Below the pieces are notes generated by a model, which searched no databases, was not told where the DNA came from, and was given only the letters and a program-made list of their open reading frames with translations. Below, in pieces: positions 1-8,389 of a stretch of DNA of 64,000 nucleotides; the stretch's first letter is position 1; each line of letters opens with the position of its first letter. Source of the stretch: a virus; the IMG/VR virus record IMGVR_UViG_3300045988_136451. One strand, 5' to 3'. The translations under genes and the position numbers were made by a program.

Positions 1-91
1 ACGTTCGCGGGCGACAGCGCGCACGGCAGCTTCGCCGTCTTCGTCTTTCCCATGACGATTCTCCTTCTCTCTTTACCGGACAGCGGCCATT

Positions 92-844
92 CTACCGCAT
101 GCTCCTTCTTCCGTCGCCGATCATCTCGGCTATCCTGCGCATCGTCGGCTCGACGAGCGCGCGTTTGTTCCACCTGCGCAGCAGCCCGCGCTCCGTCTCG
201 AACCGAACGAAGTCACGGGCATCGTCGGCTTCCGCGCCCAAAAGCACGCGGTCAACCGTCACGAACCCGCAGTCCGGGCACTTCAGGGAAGCCGAAACGT
301 AATCGGACATGGTGCCGTCTGACTTCTTCACCTCGGTCAGCAAGTCCGCATCGCAGCCGCACGCGTGGCACGGCAGGGGCGCTCCATCCTCCGCGAGGCG
401 GTTTGCCGCCCCTTCGTGGCCCAGCATCGCAAGCTCGACGGCCTCCTCTGCCGGAACGTCGGACATCGGCAGGTACGCCGCGCACGACTTCAGCGGACGA
501 TGCGCGCCCTGAAGCAGCATGATGTCGCCGAACGCCCGCGCACCGACCCTTCCGGGAAGCACCGGGCACGCCGCGAAGATGCGGCCGCCGCCCTCGTACA
601 GCTTCCAGCAGCGGGCGCAGCCCCAGCACTGCGATACCATGTACGGCTCGCGCTCGAAAAGCCCCTCCTCCGCGTTCACGTAGGTCAGCGCCTTGCCGCG
701 CAGGCCGCATTGCGGGCATGCCGCCGACATGTCGCTCAGGCTCGTCACGACCTCGACCGCGCCGCAGCTGCGGCACTCGAACGCCACGAGCCTAACGCCT
801 TCTCCCATACCGTCTCCTCTCAGAAGATCGACGGCTGCTGCCAC
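92..844 (-). CDS. Cys-rich hypothetical protein with several CxxC pairs (zinc-ribbon-like)
   Basis: 250-aa ORF on the coding strand of the island. Several CxxC pairs (CRSCG, CPQCG, CWGCARC, CHACGC, CPDCG). No recognisable catalytic motifs. Confidence 0.45.
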   Translation of the reverse strand: MAAAVDLLRGDGMGEGVRLVAFECRSCGAVEVVTSLSDMSAACPQCGLRGKALTYVNAEEGLFEREPYMVSQCWGCARCWKLYEGGGRIFAACPVLPGRVGARAFGDIMLLQGAHRPLKSCAAYLPMSDVPAEEAVELAMLGHEGAANRLAEDGAPLPCHACGCDADLLTEVKKSDGTMSDYVSASLKCPDCGFVTVDRVLLGAEADDARDFVRFETERGLLRRWNKRALVEPTMRRIAEMIGDGRRSMR

Positions 845-863
845 TCGATCTTCTCGCCGTTTC

Positions 864-1187
864 TCAGCCTTGCAGATTCAAACCTAGTTGCAGGGGGGGG
901 CACTCCTCCGAACGCGCCTCCTGCGGCCTCTGGGGCACCTTCGCGGGCGCTTTCCACCCCTCCTTGGTGTGGTACTCCGACGGGTGCCGCTCGAACTTCT
1001 GCAAGTAGTCGAGAATCTTCCCGCACGAATCGTGCCCGTAGCGGTAGAGCTTGCGCACCACCACGCACGTCAGAACCGGGTCTACCTCGTTCTCCAAGAA
1101 GCAGTCGAGGAGCGGCTTCGGGTCGTCCGGGCCGCACCTCTCCAACGCTTCGAGGAGTTCGCGGTAGCCCTTCCTCTCACCGGGCAC
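864..1187 (-). CDS. hypothetical protein
   Basis: 107-aa ORF, same strand as its neighbours. Contains a C8 run (893-900 on plus) that encodes CPPL near its C-terminus. Confidence 0.35.
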   Translation of the reverse strand: MPGERKGYRELLEALERCGPDDPKPLLDCFLENEVDPVLTCVVVRKLYRYGHDSCGKILDYLQKFERHPSEYHTKEGWKAPAKVPQRPQEARSEECPPLQLGLNLQG

Positions 1188-1303
1188 CTTCGGCCTCCCG
1201 TTCGAGCGCGCGGGCCAGCGCCTCCTCCGCGCGCCTCCCTATGTCCTCGCGCCTGCCCTTCGGCACGTTGCCCGCGCGCTCCTCGCACGCGTCGGGGCGG
1301 CGA

Positions 1304-1984
1304 TCAGACATCCTCTACCTCCTCGAAGCCGTGGTCGGAAAGCCCGCGAAGCCACACGTCGCGCCGTTCGCCGTTCTCGTCCGACAGAACCGCGCACGGG
1401 CCTCCCTCCGGGTTCACGACGGCCTCGACCCGATACCGCCTTCCGTCCTTCGCCAGCACGGCTCCGGGCGCGAAGCCTAGGTGCCCGGCCATGTCCTGCG
1501 CCGCAGCCGCCTCCTCCGCGCGCGCCCTCTCGTCAACCGCGCCGAGCGGGCGGGCGGCCTCCTTGCCCTCCATCGCCTGCGCTTCGTAGGCGGCGCTTTC
1601 GCGTTCGAGCCGTTCGATCTCGGCCCGCCATGCGCCGTCGGCCCTCTCCTCGCGGTGCGCCCGAAGGAACTCCCAATGCCCGGCTCCTTCCAGCGCCTCG
1701 TGCCGCTCGATGCTCACCAGCCTTTCCGGGTTTGCCAGCATAAGGGTGTCGGCGGGATGCAGCCCGACCTTGTTGAACTGCTCGATCACGGCCACCGGCG
1801 CGGCTTGCGCCACGGCCCAGCCGACGACGGAGAACGGCACGTCCTGATCTTCCTCGAACGCGACCTTGCTGCCGTAGAATATGGGCTTGCCGTCGGCACC
1901 TTGCGCCGAGAACAGGCCGAGCGCCCTTGCGTTCAGCGCCGCTTGGCTCCTTCCGAGCGCCCATGACGATTCGCTTCCCACCAT
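1304..1984 (-). CDS. hypothetical protein
   Basis: 226-aa ORF with balanced composition. Start uncertain because it overlaps the upstream gene end. Confidence 0.4.
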   Translation of the reverse strand: MVGSESSWALGRSQAALNARALGLFSAQGADGKPIFYGSKVAFEEDQDVPFSVVGWAVAQAAPVAVIEQFNKVGLHPADTLMLANPERLVSIERHEALEGAGHWEFLRAHREERADGAWRAEIERLERESAAYEAQAMEGKEAARPLGAVDERARAEEAAAAQDMAGHLGFAPGAVLAKDGRRYRVEAVVNPEGGPCAVLSDENGERRDVWLRGLSDHGFEEVEDV

Positions 1985-2718
1985 TTGTAATTCTCCCTTC
2001 TCGGGTATCCTTCCCGTGAGTTAATCCAATCGCATGCGGTCTGGCAGTCCCGCTTGTCGCAGAACAGGGTGTCGGAGTACAACGGGTAACAGTCGTCCTC
2101 GCCCTCGTGCTGCGTTTTGAACAGCGACGGCATGCCGCCTTCTTCCGGAAGCTCCGCGACGACGTTTTCGAGGTCGAACCGGCTTGCGCCGTCGATGTCG
2201 TCGCCCCCGCTGGGCGCGTAGTAAAGATCGCACGGCTCCGTCCCGTCTGCGCCGCTCTCGTATCTGAACCGCTTCCGCACGCTCGCCAGCACGTACTCTA
2301 CCGGCTGGTACTCGACGATGCGAACGCCGCATGTCTGGCACGTCTCGGTGTACGCGTTCCCCTGCGGCGAGGTGAACGCGATCTTGCGGTCTTCGTTGCA
2401 GTCGGGGCACTTCTCCGGCCAGTCGGTGCGAACCAAGCTGGGACGGTACGCGACGACGCGCTCCGCGAGCGCCGCAATCGCCTCTCCGAGCCATGCGTCG
2501 CGCAGCGGCTTGTCGATGCGCATGCGCGCGGAACTCAACTCGCTTTCGAGCGCCTTGCACCTTTCGCGCGTCTCATCGAGCATCCTGCGCTCCTCGTCGA
2601 GCTGGCGCTGCGTCTCTTGCAGCAGGGCCATCTCCTTCGGGTACAGCGCGCCGGTCACGAGGCGGCACACCTCCTCCGGCGTTATGTCGCGGGGAATCCC
2701 TTGCGCCTCGTCAGTCAT
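1933..2718 (-). CDS. hypothetical protein with CPDC...CQTC zinc-ribbon and N-terminal coiled coil
   Basis: ORF 1933-2757 trimmed to the internal Met (MTDEAQG). Two CxxC pairs in the central region. Confidence 0.4.
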   Translation of the reverse strand: MTDEAQGIPRDITPEEVCRLVTGALYPKEMALLQETQRQLDEERRMLDETRERCKALESELSSARMRIDKPLRDAWLGEAIAALAERVVAYRPSLVRTDWPEKCPDCNEDRKIAFTSPQGNAYTETCQTCGVRIVEYQPVEYVLASVRKRFRYESGADGTEPCDLYYAPSGGDDIDGASRFDLENVVAELPEEGGMPSLFKTQHEGEDDCYPLYSDTLFCDKRDCQTACDWINSREGYPRRENYKWWEANRHGRSEGAKRR

Positions 2719-3028
2719 CCTGCCCCTCCTTGCTCCAATCCTCGTAGCTGTCGGCAAGCGACCACAGCTTGGGGCACCCCAGCTGCTCCATGCGGTCTGC
2801 GAGCGCGCGCACGGCGTATGCGTTCTCGACCTTCATGAGGTTTTCGAGGCGCGTGCGCGCGCACGTGTCGCCCGTGCTGTACGCGACGAACGCCGTCATC
2901 CTCCCCTCGTCCACGCTCTTCACAACGCCGATCTCGCATTTGAACACGTTGCCGTCCTCGTTCATCGGCGCGTACACCACGAGGTCGCCCTTCTTGAAGA
3001 ACCCGCTCACGTACCTTTTCTCCGGCAT
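2711..3028 (-). CDS. hypothetical protein
   Basis: 105-aa ORF. ATG is preceded by RBS GAAAGGAG and a copy of the palindromic motif (3043-3058). Confidence 0.5.
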   Translation of the reverse strand: MPEKRYVSGFFKKGDLVVYAPMNEDGNVFKCEIGVVKSVDEGRMTAFVAYSTGDTCARTRLENLMKVENAYAVRALADRMEQLGCPKLWSLADSYEDWSKEGQDD

Positions 3029-3042
3029 GTCCGTCTCCTTTC

Positions 3043-3058
3043 TCGATTATTTAATTCA
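3043..3058 (-). promoter_or_regulatory. AT-rich palindromic motif copy (degenerate right arm) upstream of gene 2711-3028
   Basis: Minus strand TGAATTAAATAATCGA-GAAAGGAGACGGAC-ATG. Confidence 0.5.
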
Positions 3059-3247
3059 GGCGAGCCGACGTATCTTGCCGGTTCCCCGGAAAATATGCCA
3101 CGAGCTTACCGGCACCTTCGCCCCGCACCCTCCGCACACCAGAACGTGGTCGAACTCGAAGCGCTCGTCCCCGTCGCAGCGCAGATCGTGCTCGACAGTC
3201 CATTCCGTCGGCTTCTCGCAGCGCGGGCAGTAAAGCCAATCGTCCAC
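3056..3247 (-). CDS. small zinc-ribbon protein (CPRC...CGGCG)
   Basis: ORF track extends to 3292, but that N-terminal extension is translated through an extended -10 promoter (TGGTAAGAT, 3273-3281). A GTG at 3247 is preceded by RBS AAAGGAGG, giving a 63-aa protein with two CxxC pairs. Confidence 0.45.
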   Translation of the reverse strand: MDDWLYCPRCEKPTEWTVEHDLRCDGDERFEFDHVLVCGGCGAKVPVSSWHIFRGTGKIRRLA

Positions 3248-3264
3248 AACGGCCTCCTTTCGTC

Positions 3265-3312
3265 CTCGTGCGATCTTACCACATTCCTTCACTGTTGTCT
3301 TAACTTTTTCTC
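3265..3312 (-). promoter_or_regulatory. promoter cassette copy 1: AAGACA, 17 nt, extended -10 TGGTAAGAT
   Basis: Minus strand AAAAAGTTAAGACAACAGTGAAGGAATGTGGTAAGAT. Follows terminator 3373-3394 and precedes RBS plus GTG of gene 3056-3247. Confidence 0.55.
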
Positions 3313-3325
3313 TTAATTCTTTTTT

Positions 3326-3925
3326 TTACTTTCGTCTTTCCGCATCCTGTTGAAGAGCGGTGGAAAAGCAAAGGGGCGGCCCGATGGCCGCCCCTCTCAA
3401 TCGCCCTGAAGCCCCCCCCCGGCGCTGCTCTTCCAGCGCCTCGTCCACGCGCCTCTCGATGCGGCCTTCCACGAGCCAGCACACGACCTCCGGCACCGTG
3501 AACGGATTGGAGGCGTGCCCTCCCGTAACCTCGTCGTAGACCTTGGGCACGATGTCGAGCAGCACGCTGTAGTCGTGCAGCTCCGCAAGCACCTTCTCCT
3601 TCGAGAGCGCGCCGTCCTCGTCGGTCACGAGCCGCAGCCAGAACTCCTCGTCGAACTCGCGCCTTTCGCCCCGCTTCTTCTCCGCGACCGCGCGCCCGGT
3701 CGTGTGCTCCGTTCCGGGGAACGGCTCGAACGTCACCGTCCCGTCGCCCGACCCGTGCAGCACCGCCGCGCCCTCGTAGCAGCCGTTGCACACGTCCATG
3801 TGCGCGCCGACCGCGTACGGCTCCGTCCTCTGCCCCCATCCGTTGCGGTCGAGCCATACGGGCACCACAACGCCGACGCGGATGTCTCCGTGGCCGAACT
3901 CGCCTCCGCACACCTCGCACCTCAC
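3326..3925 (-). CDS. hypothetical protein (CEVCGG...CNGC); C-terminus set by a G9 homopolymer
   Basis: The long ORF 3326-4111 is trimmed to GTG 3925, just after the stop of the upstream gene. A G9 run (plus 3412-3420) lies 30 codons from the end. As sequenced, the frame reads through the terminator hairpin at 3373-3394. With G8 it would stop (TGA) immediately before the hairpin. Confidence 0.4.
   Translation of the reverse strand: MRCEVCGGEFGHGDIRVGVVVPVWLDRNGWGQRTEPYAVGAHMDVCNGCYEGAAVLHGSGDGTVTFEPFPGTEHTTGRAVAEKKRGERREFDEEFWLRLVTDEDGALSKEKVLAELHDYSVLLDIVPKVYDEVTGGHASNPFTVPEVVCWLVEGRIERRVDEALEEQRRGGASGRLRGAAIGPPLCFSTALQQDAERRK
3373..3394 (-). terminator. intrinsic terminator hairpin (GGGGCGGCC-ATCG-GGCCGCCCC + U-rich)
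   Basis: Perfect 9-bp GC stem, then TTTGCTTTTCC on the transcribed strand. Confidence 0.6.
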
Positions 3926-4335
3926 GGCCTTCCTCCCTTCTTCTCGGCGAGCAGCATCTTGGCGCGCATCTCCGCGTAGCCGATCTTGTTGCCGCCGCCG
4001 TCGGTCACGCTCACGCACTTGCCGAGGTGCTGGGCGCACTCGACGGCGATTGACAGGTCGCCCTCCGCCCATTCGAGCAGCCTCTTCGCGCGCATGACAC
4101 CGCAGCGGCACGCCCCGTGCACGCGCAGCACCTTCTCCGTTGTAACGTCGCTCGTCTTAGGCGCAGCGTTTGGGCACACGTCGGACGGCTCGGCGCGGCT
4201 GCTCATGACGCGCTTGCGCGTCTCTATAGGAGCGCCGGGGTACTTCGCGCAGCGGCAACGGGCAAGCGACACGTCGCCCGCGTTCCACTCGCATCCGTCG
4301 CATAGGTACCAGCACGTCGTTCCCTCGTTATCCAT
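3922..4335 (-). CDS. Cys-rich hypothetical protein
   Basis: Trimmed to MDNEGTTCWYLCDGCEW, which carries an upstream RBS AAAGGA. Twelve Cys in 138 aa. Confidence 0.4.
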   Translation of the reverse strand: MDNEGTTCWYLCDGCEWNAGDVSLARCRCAKYPGAPIETRKRVMSSRAEPSDVCPNAAPKTSDVTTEKVLRVHGACRCGVMRAKRLLEWAEGDLSIAVECAQHLGKCVSVTDGGGNKIGYAEMRAKMLLAEKKGGRP

Positions 4336-4340
4336 CTTCT

Positions 4341-4484
4341 TCAATCCTTTCTCCGCACCACGCAGAACGGCACAATGAGGAACACGAACGCGGCCAGAAC
4401 GACGAGCGCCAGCGGCACCATTGCCGCGTCCTCCATGAACCCGGCGCACCCAGACGGCTGGCGGTTCTTGTAATGCGTGCTCAT
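4341..4484 (-). CDS. small membrane protein (single TM helix)
   Basis: 47-aa product with hydrophobic stretch VPLALVVLAAFVFLIVPFCVV. Its ATG overlaps the upstream stop (ATGA). Confidence 0.35.
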   Translation of the reverse strand: MSTHYKNRQPSGCAGFMEDAAMVPLALVVLAAFVFLIVPFCVVRRKD

Positions 4485-4681
4485 AGCGGCACCCCGAGCG
4501 TCGCCTTCAAGCTGTCGCGCGCCTGCGCCTTGGTGCTTCCGCATACCGCCTCTTCGACCTCCCACCCGCATTCTTCGCAGAAGGCGAAAGCGGCGATCTT
4601 AGCTTCCTCGTACCCGGTGTACTGCGTGGCTATGCGCACCGTTGACCCGCACCTCGGGCATTCGATATCGTATTTGCTCAT
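4481..4681 (-). CDS. small zinc-ribbon protein
   Basis: 66 aa: MSKYDIECPRCGSTV...CEECGW, with two CxxC pairs. Confidence 0.45.
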   Translation of the reverse strand: MSKYDIECPRCGSTVRIATQYTGYEEAKIAAFAFCEECGWEVEEAVCGSTKAQARDSLKATLGVPL

Positions 4682-4899
4682 AGCCTGAACCTTTCTTGCG
4701 CCCAACGCCGATAGATCGCGTCGAAGCGTTCGCTGTTCTCCGCGATGTACCGCTCGGCTTCCTCGCAGTCGGGCATCCCGCCCACGTAGCAGGCGCATTC
4801 GCCGTACTCCTCGCCGAACCTCGCGTGGTCGCCCACCATGCAATCGCCGGCGCAGCTTCCTCCGCTGACCTCGAACAGGCATTCACCCGAGTAGCACAC
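4678..4899 (-). CDS. small Cys-rich protein
   Basis: GTG start chosen at 4899 after a GAGGA RBS. Nine Cys in ~74 aa. Confidence 0.35.
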   Translation of the reverse strand: MCYSGECLFEVSGGSCAGDCMVGDHARFGEEYGECACYVGGMPDCEEAERYIAENSERFDAIYRRWAQERFRL

Positions 4900-5188
4900 C
4901 GTCGTCCTCGCTTTCCATGGTTTTAGCTTCGTAGTCGATCGACATGGAGCACATGAGCTTGAATTCTCGTTCGCACACCGGGCACTCCGCCTCGTTTTCG
5001 TACTCGTCTCCGCTGATCCATCCTTCGCGATCTTCGTAATCGACTTCGAGGCGAGCGCCGCAATGCGGGCATTCGTCCGGCATGATGCGTATCCTAGCCC
5101 CGTCGAACGCCGGTGCGCTTGCAAGCGTTTCTATCTGCTCCATCGCGGCCGATTCGAGGTTCTGCGCGTATATTTTCAAGTCGCTCAT
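4883..5188 (-). CDS. small zinc-ribbon protein (CPHCG...CPVCE)
   Basis: 101-aa ORF with two CxxC pairs and an acidic composition. Confidence 0.45.
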   Translation of the reverse strand: MSDLKIYAQNLESAAMEQIETLASAPAFDGARIRIMPDECPHCGARLEVDYEDREGWISGDEYENEAECPVCEREFKLMCSMSIDYEAKTMESEDDGVLLG

Positions 5189-6360
5189 AGCGTGTTCTCC
5201 TTTTCAACAATTGCGATTCTTTCGCCAATCCATCGCATCACCGGAACTGCCATGCTGTTCCCCAGGGCCTTATAACGAGGAGCGTCGGGGCATTCGTCCG
5301 CAGACTTCCCGCGATAGGGTATGCGCGTCCATTCGTCGGGAAAGCCTTGAAGTCGCTCGCATTCGACTGGCATGAGGCGGCGAACCGATAGCCCCTGCGT
5401 TACGGAGGGCGGCATTCCGCCGCATTTGAGCGTTCCGGAGAGCTCTGTGTCGCACGCGGCATTCGCCGTATCGTCTGCCAGGCATATCACCGGTTCATTG
5501 CCCTCGATCAAAACGGCTCCGCCGTCATGGCCCCCGGTGGCGTTCGTGTAAAGGGTTTGATAGGCCCCTTCGCAATGGAACACGCGCGTCGATTGCGTAT
5601 CCCATTTGTTCAGGCAGCTGTCGTACACGACGGCTGGAACGTCAATCGTGTTCAGCGTATAGCTCACGCCTTCCTGGTTGTAGCCCACGCCGTTCTGCCC
5701 GAAGTGAGCGCCGCGCGCTATATCACCTTGGATGCAATATGGCTCTTCACAGTGCTTGCGAGCGCCGCGTAGAGCTGCGGCGGCAAGCTCCTTCCTTTTC
5801 TCCTTGCTCGATCCATGATTCCAGCGCAGGTCTTCGCCTTCAAAGAGTACTTCGGCGGCACGTTCCCCGTCACCAAGACAGCCGACAAGGAACACACGCT
5901 CGCGTCTTTGTGCCAGGTCGAAAAACTGCGCATCGAGTACTCTCCACGCCATACCGTACCCGCACGCATCCATTTCGGATAGGAGCTGTCCGAAAGCCGC
6001 CCCGCCTTCGCTCGACAACGCTCCCGGGACGTTCTCCCACACAAACCATCGTGGACGGATTGCACGAACCGCTCGTATGTACTCGAACATGAGGCCGGAT
6101 TCTCCGGCAAGCCCTTCGCGGTTTCCCGCGACGCTGAATGACTGGCATGGGCTTCCGCCTGCCACAAGGTCAATTGATCCAACTCTATCACTCCAATCAA
6201 TGCGCGTTATGTCGCCGAGGTTCGGAACGGACGGGAACCTCTCGTTAAGCACGGCGCACGCGAACGGATCTATCTCGGAGAACGCCACAGGCTCCCAGCC
6301 GAGCGGTTCCCACGCAACGCTCGCGGCCTCTATTCCGCTGAAAAGGCTGATGTACTTCAT
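5185..6360 (-). CDS. DNA (cytosine-5)-methyltransferase
   Basis: Start at MKYISLFSGIEA, with ATGA overlap to the upstream gene. Canonical C5-MTase motifs in the canonical order: FSGIEA (motif I), GGSPCQSFSVAG (PC motif IV), ENV (VI), QGFPDEW and RYKALGNSMAVPV (IX/X). Confidence 0.9.
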   Translation of the reverse strand: MKYISLFSGIEAASVAWEPLGWEPVAFSEIDPFACAVLNERFPSVPNLGDITRIDWSDRVGSIDLVAGGSPCQSFSVAGNREGLAGESGLMFEYIRAVRAIRPRWFVWENVPGALSSEGGAAFGQLLSEMDACGYGMAWRVLDAQFFDLAQRRERVFLVGCLGDGERAAEVLFEGEDLRWNHGSSKEKRKELAAAALRGARKHCEEPYCIQGDIARGAHFGQNGVGYNQEGVSYTLNTIDVPAVVYDSCLNKWDTQSTRVFHCEGAYQTLYTNATGGHDGGAVLIEGNEPVICLADDTANAACDTELSGTLKCGGMPPSVTQGLSVRRLMPVECERLQGFPDEWTRIPYRGKSADECPDAPRYKALGNSMAVPVMRWIGERIAIVEKENTL

Positions 6361-6716
6361 CGGGCACCCGCCTTCCTCGCCCTGCGCTTCTGTGCGGCCC
6401 ACTGGCTCACGGTCTTAACCGGCATCATGAGGCTTCGGGCCACGTGAGCCTCTAGCTGCGCGCCCTCGCTGCGCTCCCACCCGTCGAGCATCGCGAGGCC
6501 GTCGGCCTGCGCGATGATCGCCATGAGGGTGATCCGCATTGCCGCCGGCCACTTCTCGCCGGGTCGCACGTCCCAGTGCGGGATGCGGACGATGTAGCCG
6601 CACGCCGCCAGCTCGTCGGCTGCGGCCTCGAACGCCTCGCGGTTGTCGTTTGGCATGCCGATGAGTTCCAGCTTGTCGTCGCGGAACGTCTTGTCGATAT
6701 ACGCTATCTTAGGCAT
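6357..6716 (-). CDS. DUF4406-like (nucleoside 2-deoxyribosyltransferase-like fold) protein
   Basis: MPKIAYI...GMPNDNREAFEAA...LDGWERSEGAQLE matches the conserved pattern of the small phage DUF4406 proteins (GWE.S.GA..E). Domain assignment is from memory, not a search. Confidence 0.5.
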   Translation of the reverse strand: MPKIAYIDKTFRDDKLELIGMPNDNREAFEAAADELAACGYIVRIPHWDVRPGEKWPAAMRITLMAIIAQADGLAMLDGWERSEGAQLEAHVARSLMMPVKTVSQWAAQKRRARKAGAR

Positions 6717-7923
6717 CCTCGCCCTCCTTCTCCAAAAGCTCGTCGATCTCGTCCTGTATGAGGTGCATGCCGAGGAACCGCAGGCCGCTCGAATTGTCGA
6801 TGATCTCGCGCAGCTCGGCGCGCGCACGCTTCGACAGGCGCGGCTGCCCTTTGAGCCAGACGAGAATCTTCTTGTAGTCGCTCTTGCCGAAGGCGTTGAC
6901 GGCGGCCTCCCTGCTGGCGTTCGACGACACCTTCGCCTCCAAGCCCTCGAACTCGTCGAGCGCGTCGTCGGCGATGGCGATTATCTTGGAGACGATCTTG
7001 TTCTCCTCGTGGAACTCGCTCGCCTTGGCATCGCTGCCGAGCGCCTGCCACATGCCCTTGGTTCCGACGAACGTCCCCTCGCCGAGGCCGTTCTTCTCGA
7101 AGTAGTAGCGCTTGAAGCCCTCGCACTGGTCTTCGTCTATCTCGTCTAGGACGGAATCTGCGTCGGACACGTCCAGATGCTTCTCGTCGAACGAGTTGAC
7201 GAGCAGGCTCACGTCCCCGCACGACGTGAGGGCGCGGGCCGTAAGCTCCTTCAGCTCGTAGTGGTTGATCGCCTTGCGGTCTCGGTCGAGGCTCACGTGC
7301 TCCGGCAGGAAGTCGTAGCCGTACGCGAAGCCGGTGTCCTCCTGCACGAACAGGCCGCCGACGTAGAACTTTCCCTTGTAGCGGCTCTCCAACATGATCG
7401 TCCCGTACTCGCTCTCGCGTTTCGCGCCGATGTCGCGGCCCATGAAGCGTTCGAGGGCTATGAACCTGTCCCCGAAGGAGCGCATCATGGCGGGCGAGAT
7501 GCCGCCGATGCGGAACTCCGTGAACTCGCCGCCCGGAACGCCGGTCTCCTCCACGTCGATCTGCAACGATTCCTCGCCGAACGTCTCGGACAGGCGGAAC
7601 TCCGGTGTCCAAGTCTCCGCGTCGGTGACGACCTTCACCGGCTTGCGCTCGCGCGTCAGCACCAGAAGCGCCAGCTTGTATCCCTCGCCGTACTTCCCGA
7701 TGTAGCGCTCGTCGTCCTTGCCCGATTCGCCGAGCAGGAGCGTCGATGTCTTCAGTCGCGCGCCGTCGGTGAGAATGGACAGCGTTTCGCGGTCGTACGA
7801 CACGGACACCTCCGCCCCGTCCGCCTTCTGGTCGATGGCGTTCTGCAAAATCTCGCGGACTGCCTCCTCCACGCCCCAGCCGCTCACGTACTTGGGCGAC
7901 AGGCTCAACTCGATGGTCTTCAT
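6709..7923 (-). CDS. GHKL/Bergerat-fold ATPase domain protein
   Basis: N-terminal EAVREILQNAIDQ (N-box, ExxxNAxD), LTDGARL (D-G box) and GKYGEGYK (G2 box). ATG is preceded by RBS AAGGAGG and palindromic motif 7938-7953. Confidence 0.5.
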   Translation of the reverse strand: MKTIELSLSPKYVSGWGVEEAVREILQNAIDQKADGAEVSVSYDRETLSILTDGARLKTSTLLLGESGKDDERYIGKYGEGYKLALLVLTRERKPVKVVTDAETWTPEFRLSETFGEESLQIDVEETGVPGGEFTEFRIGGISPAMMRSFGDRFIALERFMGRDIGAKRESEYGTIMLESRYKGKFYVGGLFVQEDTGFAYGYDFLPEHVSLDRDRKAINHYELKELTARALTSCGDVSLLVNSFDEKHLDVSDADSVLDEIDEDQCEGFKRYYFEKNGLGEGTFVGTKGMWQALGSDAKASEFHEENKIVSKIIAIADDALDEFEGLEAKVSSNASREAAVNAFGKSDYKKILVWLKGQPRLSKRARAELREIIDNSSGLRFLGMHLIQDEIDELLEKEGEDA

Positions 7924-7937
7924 GGCCCTCCTTGCTC

Positions 7938-7953
7938 TCGATTAAATAATCGG
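7938..7953 (-). promoter_or_regulatory. AT-rich palindromic motif (CCGATTATTTAATCGA) upstream of GHKL ATPase gene
   Basis: Minus strand CCGATTATTTAATCGA-GAGCAAGGAGGGCC-ATG; arms CGATTA/TAATCG. Confidence 0.55.
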
Positions 7954-7954
7954 C

Positions 7955-8010
7955 CTTGACCCATCTTACCACAAGCCTTAACTCTTGTCTTAACTTTTTC
8001 TTTCTTTTTT
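7955..8010 (-). promoter_or_regulatory. promoter cassette copy 2: TTAAGACA, spacer, TGTGGTAAGAT
   Basis: ~90% identical over ~45 nt to copies at 3265-3312 and 12076-12128. Located between terminator 8027-8050 and palindromic motif 7938-7953. Confidence 0.55.
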
Positions 8011-8026
8011 TATCTTACAAAAGAAA

Positions 8027-8050
8027 AGGGGAGGGCTTGTGGCCCTCCCC
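8027..8050 (-). terminator. intrinsic terminator hairpin (GGGGAGGGC-CACAA-GCCCTCCCC + UUUUCUUUUG)
   Basis: 9-bp stem followed by a U-run, just after the stop of gene 8052-8372. Confidence 0.6.
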
Positions 8051-8051
8051 G

Positions 8052-8372
8052 TCACCACGCCGTCTGCCTGCGGAACGGGCATCTCGTCCGGGCGCACGAC
8101 TTCCTCGCCACCTCGACGGCGCAGCACGTGTTCGCCTGATCTCCGCACATAGGGGACGCCACGTGCCAGCCGGGGCCTAGAACCGTTTCGGCCAGCCGGT
8201 CGAGGGCGGCCTGCGCGTCGGTCGGCTGCGGCATGATGCCGTAGTCCCCGCCGTTGCCGGTCGCCCCGCTTTCGTCAACGAACGAGAGCGTGATCTGATA
8301 CCCTCTGTTTATGTTGTCCATCTGCTGGTCGAAGTCCTTCTTCTCCATCTTGGTCGGGAACTTCGCCTCCAT
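8052..8372 (-). CDS. hypothetical protein
   Basis: Trimmed to MEAKFPTKMEKK. Followed by an intrinsic terminator hairpin at 8027-8050. Confidence 0.35.
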   Translation of the reverse strand: MEAKFPTKMEKKDFDQQMDNINRGYQITLSFVDESGATGNGGDYGIMPQPTDAQAALDRLAETVLGPGWHVASPMCGDQANTCCAVEVARKSCARTRCPFRRQTAW

Positions 8373-8389
8373 GCTCCCGCATGCCGCCG

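Noticed and set aside
365-1480. Long plus-strand ORFs (e.g. 365-1480, 2318-3316, 8381-9820, 19531-20565, 20833-22590, 31896-33524, 34208-35545, 35599-36864, 38210-40000)
   Set aside because: Arg/Pro/Ala/Gly-rich low-complexity translations antisense to well-supported minus-strand genes. They lack RBSs and are typical open antisense frames in ~63% GC DNA.
6704-7972. 422-aa minus-strand ORF overlapping the GHKL ATPase gene in another frame
   Set aside because: The translation is almost pure Arg/Gly/Pro repeats. The overlapping frame 6709-7923 has clean Bergerat-fold motifs and a proper RBS.
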